A DNA stretch of 64,000 nt. Source: Mytilus edulis. Its lineage: Eukaryota. The DNA lies in assembly GCF_963676685.1 (NCBI RefSeq), contig NC_092354.1, positions 45,384,001-45,448,000 of the forward strand. The letters run 5' to 3'. Every line of letters begins with the position of its first letter. The stretch's first letter is position 1. Made by a program: the position numbers and the translations under genes. Below, in pieces: positions 63,897 through 64,000 of the stretch. Under the pieces are notes generated by a model that was not told the DNA's origin, searched no databases, and saw only the letters and a program-made list of their open reading frames with translations.

Positions 63897-64000
63897 GTGA
63901 GTGTTTGCGTGTGTGTGTAACTTTTAATTCCACAAATAAACCGTTATATTTTCTGATAAATAGTTAAAATATAAATTTGAAGTATTAAACTAAACATTCT

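Overview
AT-rich eukaryotic heterochromatin-like window made almost entirely of repeats and virus-like elements. The repeat families suggest a bivalve mollusc host, which is inference only. The centrepiece is a complete 21,686-bp Maverick/Polinton (25755-47440). Its ends are fixed by TIRs, a TATGTG 6-bp target-site duplication (TSD) and an empty paralogous site at 20844-20849. It carries the core genes (integrase, penton, major capsid, adenain protease, packaging ATPase, intron-containing protein-primed PolB) and unusual cargo: a CARD-PC4-PC4 fusion, a membrane-anchored PC4 protein, and a five-exon type I membrane protein with a PSAP motif that the ORF track misses. Its termini are 5'-ACTACT...AGTAGT-3' rather than the usual 5'-AG. 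It sits inside a tandemly duplicated, internally deleted Ty3/Gypsy element with a chromodomain and F-type env. The rest of the window holds a satellite array (1-5603), relics of two other Polinton lineages, an orphan Polinton-type terminus, a third PC4-like spliced gene, Gypsy gag/protease relics, LINE fragments, five copies of one SINE family and several MITEs. No intact host gene, rRNA, tRNA or CRISPR array is supported. All domain calls are by-eye motif recognition, not database searches.
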